A stretch of DNA of 64,000 nucleotides from Diplonema japonicum (lineage: Eukaryota > Protista > Euglenozoa: Diplonemea), in contig OZ025719.1 of NCBI GenBank assembly GCA_964019335.1, positions 310,001 to 374,000 on the forward strand, written 5' to 3'. The position numbers and the translations under genes are program-made. Under the pieces are notes generated by a model. It did not search any database. It saw nothing but the letters and a program-made list of their open reading frames with translations, and had not been told where the DNA came from. Shown piece by piece: positions 34,236 to 45,805 of the stretch (within the stretch, counting starts at the first letter, position 1; every line of letters begins with the position of its first letter).

Positions 34236-35240
34236 TATAATAAATAGCACCCATCTTCCTTTTCTTTCTGTCTTTCTTTTTTTTCTTCTCCTTTCTTTCC
34301 CAAGTAAGGCTCATAGGAAAGGGAACAGCATCAGGAGGAGGGGGGAATTTATCAAGGGAACAGAGGGACGGGGGGGTTCTTTTATGGTCCAAGTAACCGG
34401 CCGGTTCCTCTCTTGAAAGACCGATGTTTAACATCTTGTATTAAAAAAAAAAAAGAAAAAAGTGTGGTACCAATCTCAAAACCACCATTACCTTTTTTTT
34501 TCTCTCTCTTTTTTTTTCTTCTTCTTTTTTTTTTCCCCCCTCTTCCTCTCTGCGAGGGACCCACACCTGTACAAATGTCCCATCAAAACACCACTTAGTT
34601 CACTTTCTTTTTTTGTTTTGGTTTTTTTTTTTTTTTTTTTTTTTCATATTTTTTTTTATTTGGTCTTCTTATTTCCCATCTCAAAAAGAAAAGGACAAAA
34701 AAAAAAAAAGAAACGGGGCCAGAAAACTCTTTATGGTGGGGTGGCCCCTTCTTTTTTCTTCTTCTTCTTTCTTTCTTTCTTTCTTTATCTTCTACCTTCT
34801 CTTAACCCCTCCGTAAGGCCATTCTTTTTTTTTTTTTCTTATAGCCCCAGAGAGAGGGGGCTTCTTGAACTGAGTTAGAAAGAAGTTGACGCTGTCCGTT
34901 GCTGGAGACCACAACAGGTAGCACCCTAGTGGAAGAACCTATTGCGGGGCTGCAGAGGTGAGATGAACTGCTTTATTTTTTAAAACAGGGGGAGGAAAAA
35001 AAAAAGAAGAAGAAGAACGAATAAAAATACTCTCACGCATTTAATTAAAAAAAGAAACAACAACAACTTGGTAAAAAAAAAAAAAATAAGTTTTTTTTTT
35101 AAACAGTTTCGGAAAAGAAAGAAAAAAGAAAGTTAAGAAGGTCCAATGGAGCCCCCCCCCTCCCCATCCCAGGTTTTTATATTGTTCTCTTGTTCTTCGT
35201 TTTCTTTCTGCTATTTCTTTTGTTTTGCGTTGACTCTTGT

Positions 35241-35277
35241 CTGGTCTTTGTAAAAGCGGCCTTTAAATGTGTAGTGC
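35241..35277 (+). repeat. Short dispersed repeat (second copy near 38353-38391)
   Basis: CTGGTCTTTGTAAAA(A)GCGGCC...ATGT..AG.GC occurs at both sites. Confidence 0.5.
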
Positions 35278-35340
35278 CAGACGGTAACCAATCTGATTTT
35301 ATTTTTTTCTTAAGTGCTTACATCGGTACAAAAAAAAAAA

Positions 35341-35386
<46 letters not shown>

Positions 35387-36025
35387 GGAACATCTTATTA
35401 ATCACTTACCCACCCCGGACATTTTTCCCTTTCGAATGAGGTTTAAACCCTAATTGAACAAAATATATTAATAAAGTGTCTGTATTGCGGACGTGAAAAC
35501 AGTGCATCTCAGTTATTCACTTCCCCCCCCCCTTTTTTGTGACCCTTGTTACCCCTTGTCGTGAACGTACTTTTTTTTCAGATTTTCTTTTTGTCAAAAA
35601 TAAACTATTAATTCATGTAAAAGAGAGAGAAACAGATTTTTTGAGGAAAAAAAGAAATTAAAGGGGTGAGGGGGGGGGTTTTTTTTGTTGTAAACTAAGC
35701 CTTTTCATTCTATGCTGCATAAGATAAAGCACCGCAAAAAAAAAAAAAAAGAAGAAAAAAAAAAGTAGGGAAAAAAAAAAGCGGCGAAAGGGGGCTTCCT
35801 GTCTTTCTCCAACGAGACGCAAGAAAAAATAAGGAAAAAAATAAAAGGAAAAAACGAGGAAGGAGGAGTGCAGAGCCAAAAAAATGATGCCCGTGCTAAA
35901 TGCCTTTTTTTTTTTTTATTTTTGCTCTGTACCGATACGGCCGATATTCTTGTTTTTTTTTTCTTTTTTTTGGCGGGCCGTTGCTAACCACTTCGTTCCT
36001 ATCATAGTGAATTCTTTTTTCTAAA

Positions 36026-36090
36026 AGGTGCAGATAGAAGAAGAGAACAAGGGGGCGTCTCACAATAACTTCCTTTTAACTCATACATAT
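36026..36090 (+). mobile_element. Extreme 3' remnant of the non-LTR element (GDRCR subfamily)
   Basis: GGTGCAGATAGAAGAAGAGAACAAGGGGGCGTCTCACAA...TTTAACTCATA matches 38209-38266 and 62729-62768. Confidence 0.75.
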
Positions 36091-36262
36091 ATTTTTTTTT
36101 CTTTTCTTTCTGGTCCTCATCGCCCTCCCTGTCCACTCAAACTATTTCTTAAAGCGGAAATCCGGAAAATAAAAGAGAAGAGGGTGGGAAAGAAAGAAAG
36201 CAAAAAAAAAAAAAAAAGAACACTTAGAGGCTTATCTATCCATCCTCTCGGGGAGTTTTTTT

Positions 36263-36410
36263 CAAACTGCACGAGCGCAGAATCTTGCTTACCCGGGACG
36301 CCCCGGCTGGGGTTGAGCACACCGCACGCATTAAGGACACGACGCGGAACGCAGAAGAAGCTACTGCTCGGCCGAGGAGCGCCCCCTGTAATCAAGTAGG
36401 TAGTTCGTGC
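36263..36410 (+). mobile_element. 5'-truncated copy of the short retroelement
   Basis: Closely matches 45313-45463 (AAACTGC.CGAGCGCAGAATCTTG.TTACCCGGGACG...GAACGCAGAAGAAGCTAC...TCAAGTAG). Confidence 0.8.
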
Positions 36411-36715
36411 TTCATTGCACGCTTAACGCCACCTAGTGTTGCAATCAAAGCCTCATTTTTTTTTTTTTTTTTTGCACTCCTTCAAGCCTTTTTTTTCTTC
36501 TCTATTCATCGCTTTGCGCAGGTTTTACTGTAAAATTCTCCTAGTTTTTTTGTCCATGAAGAACAGAATTCCGAAAAGATTGTTTACCCGACGTTTTGGT
36601 TTAGAGGGGGGGGGGGGGGGGGGGGGGGATAAAAGAACAAAGACAGAAACTTCTTCTGACGCGTCCTTCCGGAAAAGAAATTAGGAGATTTACAGTAAAT
36701 ATTTTTTATTTTTTA

Positions 36716-36825
36716 GGGGCTGGATATTGGGTTGGAATTAACAAAATCCCAATCAATCATGGCTGGGGAACCTCCAAGTGGTGGCCCTGGGTCTTCTCCC
36801 TCAGGAGGAGAGCAAAAACCCCAGC
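36716..36825 (+). ncRNA. HDV-like ribozyme at the retrotransposon 5' end
   Basis: P1 GGGGCT/GGCCCT (first pair G.U), P2 GCTGGGG/CCCCAGC, P3 ACC/GGT, L3 TCCAAGT, P1.1 CC/GG, P4 TCTTCTCC/GGAGGAGA, putative catalytic C at 36813. Confidence 0.75.
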
Positions 36826-37300
36826 AGGGGGCAGCACCTTCGTGGGTGCAGGTAGCGCGGGCGAGACCAGGGAAGGGGAAGGTGGTACGCGCGGTGAGGG
36901 TAACGGCAGAGGCGGGATGGCCGAAGACACATGGCAAGCAGCAGCAGGAACGCTGGATGGACGAGGACGAGGACGAGAACGCCACCGAGGTGCTGAGAGT
37001 GGTATGGAGGCGACCGGCGGCGGGGGAAGGGAGCAGGTCGAGGCCGACGCGAGAGAGCACACGAAGAAGGTGCTCGGAACCATGGGGATCGGGACCCGAG
37101 GGCTGTCAGACCCGAGGGGCGAGGGGTGGGACGGCAAGCTCACCAAGATGGACCTCCTGGTCTATCTGTCGGCGAGCGACGCGAAGAAAGCGAAGCAGGC
37201 CGGGGGTGCAGAAGGTACCGGTATGTACATCGAAGAACGAAGGAGGAGGAAGGAGGACGCGCCACCGTTGTGGCTAAAGACGTGGACGTGTCGGAGGGTA

Positions 37301-37477
37301 GGGGCACCCTTGTAGGATTCCATTTGTCGTGTGGAACTCCTCTCCAACGCCCGTGGCGTACCTGAAACGTCTCCGCATGCCCGCGTACATCCCCTTCAGC
37401 GCCCTTAGAATGCCCGTCTCCATGCCCATGTCCTCCACCAGCTCCATCACTAGTTGCTGCGGTACGCTGTCGAAGTA
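37301..37477 (-). pseudogene. Inverted reverse-transcriptase fragment
   Basis: YFDSVPQQLVMELVEDMG..GILRALKGMYAGMRRRFRYATGVGEEFHTTNGILQGCP matches the non-LTR RT 'FD.V' to 'G..QG.P' segment. Confidence 0.85.
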
Positions 37478-39048
37478 CGACAACGGGAGGCACATGCAGG
37501 CACGACACGAGCAGGCCTAGAACCGTGCATGAGGCTCCATGGCATCCTCCCGAGGGAAGCGGCCAAGGAGGACAAGGACAGGCTCGAGAAGACCCAGCGT
37601 TACCTGCTGGCTGTGGTGGGGGAACGCGACGCAACCTTGCAGGCAAAGAGGCAGCAGATCTACCGGACACACCAATGGCTGGAGATCACGGAGGGGGAGG
37701 CACACCCAGCACCAACAGAGGAGGAGTTCGCGAGGCTGCAGACCGGCAACACCCTGAAGGAGTACACGAAACCGGTGCTGAAGTGGCAAGCAGCTGCGCT
37801 GGTATGGAGGGAACAGAAGCACGGCAGTGTCGACGGTGGAGCTGGCGCTGGATTTCGAAAACGTGACCCAGAAGTCCCTTGGAGGGAAGCTAGGGGAGTT
37901 GGCAGAGGTGCGACAGAAGGCCAGAGAAAACGTGACCCAGAAGACTGCACACGGTGATGAAGAAGGTGTGGAACACATGGGAGCTAGGGAGACTGCAGAA
38001 GAAGGTGAGAGGAAGGAGGGCCTTCCCTGCTGAACCAAGGCGGTGATCGGGTGGAGTAGAAGAGCAATGTTTGCATCAACGAAGACCAAGTACGACCTGG
38101 AGGAGCTGGGGAAGCAATGGGCAAAGGAAAGAAGGGAAAAAGTAGCCAAGCTGGGGAGGAGGCCGGCACGACCACCGAAGAAGGAGAAACCGCTGCTGAA
38201 GGGGGATAGGTGCAGGTAGAGCATGAGAACAAGGGGGCGTCTCACAAAGACTTCCTTTAACTCATATATATTTTTTTATTTTCTTAAATGTCTCTTTTTA
38301 TTTTTTATTTTTTATGAACTATAAAGCATTGCACCCACGTGACATCGACTAACTGGTCTTTGTAAAAAGCGGCCCTTCCTTAATGTAGCGCTTGTTTTTT
38401 TATCCCTATCCAATTTTTCTTTTTTTGGAAAAGAGTAAAATGCAATATGGTAAGTGGAGTGTGTACACAAAAGAAATTCTTCTCCATTTTTTTTTTTTTT
38501 TTTTCGGGCTTCGCGTCCGGGGGAACAATTAGTGCGAACCCCCAACGCATGAATTAAAGATTTTCTTTTTTTTTTTTTTTTTTTTTTTTGATCGGAGTTC
38601 TTTATCTGTGAAAGTAAAGAACTTTGATATTCTTTTTCAACCCCACTACCTTGTAAGTAACAGAGGACCAACCATAAAAAAAAAAAAAGGAAAAAAAGAA
38701 TTTAAAAAAATAAAATAAAAAACCAAAATAAAAGAAGGAGAGAAGAAAAGAAAAAAAAAGGGGGGGGGGAAGTGAAGTCTTTTTATTTGGCGAGGGAATT
38801 GGTGCATAAAACGCAAAAGTTAACAATCCCTCCCATCATAGTGATTTTTTTTTTTTTTGCACCTTCTTCCCCCCCTTTTTTTTTCCTTTTCCCCTGCTTC
38901 TTACCCATTATAGCCACCTGACTTTCTTTTCCTATCCCCCTTTTTTTAACAAGAAATACACCTTGCAAAAAAAAAAAAAAAAAAAATAAATAAAAATAAA
39001 TAAATAAAAACACACAAAGAAAGGAAAAGAAAAAGGGGGGGAAAGAAA

Positions 39049-39564
39049 ATGGGTGAGGATAACCTTTGCTACAACTGCAAGAAACCGGGGCATTTTGCAA
39101 GGGAATGCCCAGAGAGAGAAGGAGGGCAAGACAAGAACGGGGGCAGGCGAGGCCCAAACCACAGCAGAGACAGCATTCTCCGTCCGCCTGACTTGGGCTC
39201 CGAAACGGGGGTAAGAATGGGAATGGTGAAGGGGAGGTATAGTCGGAAGAAAAAAAAAAAAAAAAAAGGGAAAAAAAAAAAAAATAACGTAACCCCCCTA
39301 TCACCCTTTTTTTTAAATTCTAGATGCTACAGAATCCCAGTCAGAGAAACGAAGAAAATGCATGAAGAAGAAGCAGGCTTAGAAAACGCAGACCTGGGCC
39401 TGCAGTACGAAGAAGAAACCGGCCAGTACGAACTCAAGATGAAGGAGGTATTAAAGAAAAAAAAAAAGTTCTTTTTTTCAAAAAAAAAAAAAAAAATAGA
39501 TCCGACCGGAATACTACAAATTCATAATTGGATCCAAGGCGGCAACCTTACAACAATTGGAAAA

Positions 39565-39614
<50 letters not shown>

Positions 39615-40448
39615 CCCTTCCCATAGGACACAGGAGCGTCGATCAAAGTCCCCAAGACAAAGAAAGAAGAAGCGGACGGTGTAGTCGTGCGCGGGCTTAA
39701 TGAGCAAGCGGTAGTTGACTGCAAGCACAGAATAGATTACATAGTTGAAAAGAGTAGAGAGAAGCTTCCGTTTACACATTTCGTGGGAATCCCATTGGAC
39801 ATGGGCTCCCTTGTCCCGAGGGTCGATAAGCTGCTGAAGACCATCAAGGAAAACTTCTGCAACGAGAAAACCCGACTCCACCACAGCGTGGTGCAACGGC
39901 CTGAGAAACTACACCTAACCCTACTGGTTTTGAGGCTGCACAACGATGAGGACATCAAGAAGGCGGCGCAGGTCTTGAAAGAAGCGGAAGCTGACATCAC
40001 GAGGATTTTCAACAGCGAGGACAGAATATCTGTGAAGGGAATCAATTGCATGAACGACGACACAAGTACTGTCAATGTAGCATACCTAGAGGTTGTCAAG
40101 GATGTTGTCCAGCAAAAGATTTTAGAGCTCTTGGAAGCCCTTTCTCAACGATATATTCTAGCTGGTCTATGCACCTCACGCGACATCGAAGGCAACAGGC
40201 TGCTCCACGCCACCATCCTTAACTCGAAGTGGCGGAAGGTGGACGCCGTCGCTGATGACTCCGACTCCGATGAGGATCTGCGGACGAAGAAGACGGAGCG
40301 CATCCCTTTCGACATCACCGGTCTGCTTGAAGAACACGAGAACATTGACATGGGCAGCCACAAGCTAATGCGGCTTGAAGTGTCCACCATGCAAGATAGA
40401 GGCGAGACCGGGTACTACAACGCTGTACAGTCGATTGCATTCCCGTGA
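39049..40448 (+). CDS. ASCC1: ASCC1-like protein: CCHC knuckle, KH domain, 2H phosphoesterase (exons 39049-39236, 39324-39447, 39500-39565, 39627-40448)
   Basis: ILRP..GR|CYR, YKFIIGSK...LEK|DTGASIKVP, PFTHFVGIPL, LHLTL, LHATILN, PFD..LL. Three phase-compatible GT-AG introns. Confidence 0.85.
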
Positions 40449-40548
40449 AAAGAGGGGGAAAAAAAAAAAAAAAAAAAAATGGAGTGTGTGTGAAGTTTTT
40501 TTTTTTTTTGTTTTTTGTTTCATATTTTTTTTTTTTTTTTTGCTTGAA

Positions 40549-40584
<36 letters not shown>

Positions 40585-40632
40585 ATACCAATACGGGAAA
40601 AAAAAAAAAAAAAAAAATACAAAAAAAAAAAA

Positions 40633-41989
40633 ATGCCTCTCAAGCAGGATTTTCACATCTCCGCCGAGGACGCAGAGAAGAAGATTCTGACCCCTGACTG
40701 CACTTTGACAGATGTCTTGAGAGCATACCAGCACGCGTCCGGTCCCCTGCTGGCGTACGCCGACGCGGTGATGGGAGCCGACGGCCCGTTCGTGATGGGG
40801 GAGAAATTCTTAATGGCGGCTTTCACCTCAAAGCTCTCTAAATGCGGGATGTGCCAACGCATCCAAGAAACGGCGGCCATCGTCAGCGGTGTCGAAGAGG
40901 CTCTGGTCGACCGCCTCGCTGAGGACATCGACTCCTCTCCAGTGGCACCACGCCTGAAACCCGTGTTCCATTTCATCCGAAAGCTCATTGAACAACCATG
41001 GGAGGTGGACGAGAAGGACCACGACAACCTCATGAACCACGGGTGGTCAAAGCGTGCTGTCTTCGATGTGGTCGAAATCGCCGGGCTCTTCAAAAAACTA
41101 GCCATGATGGTCCAAGGCCTCAACCTGACCATTCCTGAAGACCCTGCTGACCAGAAAAGCAACGGGACGATCCTTGCCAAGGTATATAAAAAAATATTTA
41201 AAAAAATAAAAAAAAAAAAGGAGGGTTTTCGAAAATTCGCATCATCGATGGAACTCACCGCACCATACGCACCGCCTTCCTCGGATGAGGGTGTGGGACA
41301 AGGGAGGTTTGGGTCAAGCCGTTCAGAGTTACTTCCTGGACAGAGGGTGACATTGCATGATTTGACAAAGGAGGTTCACAACGGGAAGAAGGCAACTGTG
41401 CTGGAGTACGTCCCGCACGCAGGGAACTGGAGGGTGGAGCTTCAAAACGCAGTAGTGATCCGTGTTGCAGCTGAGAACTGCACCGTCGAAAATCCACTCT
41501 CTGCATTTGTTGAGAGCAGCGATGAGGAATACCCGCCTCTCTCAGAGACACCCAGCAGCACCCAAACACCCCCCAACACCTCACAGCCTTTATCAGATGC
41601 GCTGAGCATTGGTGCTGCTCCGGAGAACCCAGCCAATCGTAAGGTCAACCTCGCATCGTCCCGATTTGTGAGGGTTCAGGAACGCCTTGCAAAGGAGTAC
41701 GCCGCGGTGCCCATTCTCGAGCTTGCCGAAGTGGATACCTCCGACAAAACGGAGGTGATCTATTTCAAGATCAACGCGAAATGGGACAAGGGTCGCAAGG
41801 CGCTGTTTGCAAAGTCGTATACCCGTTTGTATGAAATAGGGGGGGGGGGGGGGGGAAGGGAGAAAGTATTTATAAAAAAAAAAAAAAAAAGGTACAAAGA
41901 CGGTCAAAGAAAACTTCGCGTTCTGATTCTTGACAAGAATGACCAGGAACAGAGAGAAGCGGGTTTGGCTGGTCACAGCGATAGCGAGT

Positions 41990-41991
<2 letters not shown>
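40633..41991 (+). CDS. AhpD/carboxymuconolactone-decarboxylase-like domain fused to SH3-like and unknown domains (probable introns 41182-41220, 41829-41891)
   Basis: E.FLMAAFTSKLSKCGMC, RLKPVFHF..KL...P.EV...D...L...GWS..A..D; later PGQRVTLHDL....HNGK.A. Two in-frame poly-A/G introns with GTAT...AG ends. Confidence 0.7.
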
Positions 41992-42047
<56 letters not shown>

Positions 42048-42950
42048 TAATTTAAAAAAATAGGGGCAGGGGGGCGGGGTGGGCTACAAAAGGGTTTGAA
42101 GAGGTTTTTTTTCCCCCCCCTTGCTTTTTACTTTTTACTTTCAAAAAAGTGTAAAACCTCCTCTTTTTTTTTTTTTTTTTTTTTGAGGCGCCGTGAAGGC
42201 ACCCCAGAGTGGGGACAGGACAAGTGTCTGGTCTTTTTTTTTTTTCCCCGCGGGTCTTCACAATTGTTGCCATTATGGGTCAGTTTTCTTTTTTTTTTTT
42301 CCCCTTCCTCTCTGTGTAGTTGAGTGATTGATGTGTGCTTGTAAAAACTCGAAGTGGGGGAAGAAGAAGAAAAAAAAAAAGAAATGATGAACTAAAGAAA
42401 AGGTCAGGACTTCGAAGTTATAGATCATAAGAACAAAAAAAGGGGGGGGTATGCAATTTTTCTAGCTACATACTTGCTGCATACCCCCTCGTTAATTTTT
42501 TTTTATATATCTGTGAGAAGGTTTTTTTTTTAATCTTTACAAAAAAGAAAAAAGAGTGCAACAAAAGAAAAGTATAGGGGAAAAAAAAAAAGGAGAAATC
42601 AATATTTGGGTGGTGGCATTGGGGTATGCTGCTCTCTGTGTCAAAACCACGCAACATGGTTTACTTTCTACTTTTCTTTTTTTTTTTTTTTTTTTTTTCA
42701 TTTGGCCCGTTGCTGCATTTCGCAAAAAGTCCCCCCCCCCCTTCTTCCCTTTGGAAGAAAAAAAGAGAGAAAAAAAAAAAGAAAAAGAAAAAAAGACCAC
42801 GCACTCTTTCCCCGCGTTTCACTGTCTTTGAATTTTGACTCTGATATGGTGGTTTCGTTAGATTTCCTTCCCCCCCCCCCTTTTTTTTCAAGCGGCGGGG
42901 ATAACACGGAGATATAAAGATGCATGTGGTGCGCCTCCTTTATCTCTTAT

Positions 42951-43004
<54 letters not shown>

Positions 43005-44400
43005 AAGTACGACTCTTTGACTTGTCTAAACAAAAGGGGAACGTTGGCAACGTGTTTCGGGTTGACAAACTTCTCCAGGTTTTACCCGGCACGTACAAAC
43101 AACGGCCAGTTCCTCTTTTCCCTTTTTTTTTTAATTTCCCGCAAATATATGACTACCAAAAAAAAAAAAAAAAGAAAAGAAACTGTCCACTGAATGGCTT
43201 TCACAGTTCTTGTGTCAAGAAAACAAAAGAAAAGGGGGGGGAGGGGGAAACGTTTGCAGCAGCTAGGCTTCTAACCCCAAACGGGGGGGATAAAGAAAAA
43301 TAAAAGGGGAGAAACCTGTTACCACCCCCCCTTTTTTTTACTTTTTGATGTGAAGCCTGACAGGGTGTGGTCCTAAAACCGCATCAAAACGAAAAAGAAA
43401 AGGAAGACAAACCCCCTTTCCTTACTCTCTCGATCCACAATTTTTTTTAAAAAAAAGGGGGGGGGGGGGGGGGGGGAGTACTCTCGAACGTCGTACCTTC
43501 TGTCTTTAAACGACGTGGCAGCACCTGCTTCTCCAGCCCTGTAGGACAGCCTACCAGGTGCTCCTATAAGAACGAGAAAAAAAAGAAGGAAAAAAAAAAA
43601 AAGAAGAAATAAAAAAAGAATTCCCCCCTTTCCGATTGCGTTGGTACGTTGGTTTAAACTTCTCCAGCATGTCCGGATCTACTATGCTTCAAGTATTTTT
43701 TTTTCTTTTTTTTTGTTACAAATATTTATCTTTCAGAAAATGATTTTATAACTATATGCAACTCGTGCCGAGCAAAAAACTTTCGCAGCTTTTTTAAAAA
43801 ACCTTTTTTTGCTCGTGCGAACAACAAAGACATATAGTCATAAAGAATTATTTTTCTTTTGGTCCGGGGGAAAAAAAAAGAAAAAAAAAGAAAAAAAAAA
43901 AAAAGGTGTATCAAGAGCCATTTTTTTGAGAGGGTTTAGGTCGAAATTAATTTTTTTTGCTGGAACAAGTAAACAAATTTTTGAAAAGAATTGTTATTGC
44001 AAAAAAGAGTAGAGGCAGCTTGTCCGTTTATCCCTACTGTAGGTGAAAACGGCTTTGCACAAACAATCAGCCGACTCTTTTTTTTTCCTATGAAGTCGGG
44101 AGGGGGCGGGGACGCTTTTTTTTTTTTTTTTTTTTTTTTGCATCACTTTTTTCCAGTTTTTTTTCCACCCACCCCCCTCCCCCATTGCCCACAACAAGAA
44201 TAAATTTGCCTATTCTTTTTTTAAATGTTATATTATGAGTGTATTGGAAGGGGGGGGACGAAAAAAAAAGAAAGTGGAGAAAAAAAAAAAGATGTAATCA
44301 AGGTGGTATCAACAATATCTAAATAGGTATTTCGATGACAATATTGTTGATATAACAAAGACTGCCTTTCACCCCATCTATTCTTTTTTTTTTTTCTTCT

Positions 44401-44431
<31 letters not shown>

Positions 44432-45144
44432 GGCAAGTATTATTATTATTATTTTTTTTCTTCTTTTTTTTGACGGTGAATTTATTTTCCCGAAGAAGAT
44501 TCTCCTCCCCCCCCCACTAACTGCATTTTGGACGATAGTACTATATGCTCCGATAATCACCTGGAGGAGGGGATGGCATGGAGTAATTTAAAAAAAACAG
44601 ATCTTTATATGTAGATGATCTTTTCAACGGGGCTCCACTAAGATGTCGATTTAGTACAACTTCAAGCCAGAACTGCCCTTTGCCCTCTTTTAACAAAGGC
44701 GGTGTCTCGCATAGACCTCCTTTAACCCATATATTTTGTTTTGTTTCGCTTTGTTTCGACTTTCTCTCTCCCACCACCACCCCCCTTTTTTTTATTGAAC
44801 ACTTCATCCAGAAAAAAGAAAAAAAAAGAAAACGGTGGGTGTAAGGCAAACCAGCGGAAATAAATGCTGAGTCTGCACTAAAGTTCCCTCCCCCCCCCTT
44901 TTTTTTATTGCGCATGGCCATTTGCTTATACTCTCCTCCCTCTCTTTTCGTAAGGGAAATACTAGTGTGTCTAAGAAGAACCCTCTATATGGTAAAGATA
45001 GTACATTTGTTAAAGGTAAAATTGGTTAGGGTAAAAAAAGAAAAGAAAGAAGGAAGGAAGAAAAAAAAAAAGAAAAGAAAAGAAGAACAAACAATTACAA
45101 ACACATGTACCCATTGTAAATATTGCGGCTATTGAAGGATGGGA

Positions 45145-45177
<33 letters not shown>

Positions 45178-45179
45178 GG

Positions 45180-45313
45180 GGTGGTGGGGATAACATGGAA
45201 ATATAAGAAAAACATCAGATGTGTTGTTCGCTGTTGACCTCCTCGTCGGTCATCACCGGTAGCGCCCGAGTGGAAGATCATAAAGCAGATGCTCAGGGTG
45301 ACGAACAGGCAGC
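45180..45313 (+). ncRNA. HDV-like ribozyme, copy A
   Basis: P1 GGTGGTG/CATCACC, J1/2 hairpin GGATAACA/TGTTGTTC, P2 GCTGTTG/CAG(G)CAGC, P3 ACC/GGT, L3 TCCTCGTC, P1.1 GG at 45258-59, P4 CGCCCGAGT/GCTC(A)GGGTG, J4/2 ACGAA with C at 45302. Confidence 0.85.
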
Positions 45314-45490
45314 AAACTGCGCGAGCGCAGAATCTTGGTTACCCGGGACGCTCCGGCTGGGGTTGAGCTGTACACCGCATGCATTAAGGACACGACGCGG
45401 AACGCAGAAGAAGCTACAACTCGGTCGCGGTGCGCCCCCTGTACTCAAGTAGACAGTTCTTGTGCAGGGCGCCGCCAACACCGGCTTTAA

Positions 45491-45493
<3 letters not shown>
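45180..45493 (+). mobile_element. Short non-autonomous retroelement (HDV ribozyme head plus LINE-like tail), apparently full length
   Basis: Similarity with copy B begins exactly at ribozyme P1; ends in TTTAACTCA(TA)n as the LINE does at 38256. Confidence 0.8.

Positions 45494-45570
<77 letters not shown>
45494..45570. repeat. (AT)n microsatellite at the retroelement tail
   Basis: Perfect AT run of about 77 nt directly after TTTAACTC. Confidence 0.95.
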
Positions 45571-45574
<4 letters not shown>

Positions 45575-45656
45575 ACCGTGTCACCTGAACCGTTAGCATG
45601 CTATTTCAGGAGGACCTCCAGGGTTGGTGCCCTCCTTTCTCTTTTATTATTTTTAT

Positions 45657-45690
<34 letters not shown>

Positions 45691-45768
45691 TTTCATGGAT
45701 ACAGTTTTTTTTTTTTTTTTTTTTTTTTGTCAGGCGTCCTGCCACATACCGCAGGTACCCTTAAATGT

Positions 45769-45800
<32 letters not shown>

Positions 45801-45805
45801 GATTA

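Larger units (their letters stand above)
36716..38270 (+). mobile_element. Rearranged non-LTR retrotransposon: 5' ribozyme, ORF start, inverted RT piece, 3' domain and tail
   Basis: HDV fold at 36716-36825; SWVQVA-containing frameshifted ORF; minus-strand YFDSV...NGILQGCP RT fragment at 37301-37477; VSTVELALDFENVT...LLKGDRCR* domain; tail TTTAACTCA(TA)n. Confidence 0.85.

Noticed and set aside
45219-45313. Reading the 5' half of the short repeat as a degenerate ELAIDF..TG peptide (DVLFAVDL..VITG)
   Set aside because: It needs frameshifts, and the complete HDV fold explains the segment better.
45610-45636. ACC-TCC...GGT-GCCCT resembling an HDV P3/L3
   Set aside because: No P1 partner, P4 or J4/2 found.
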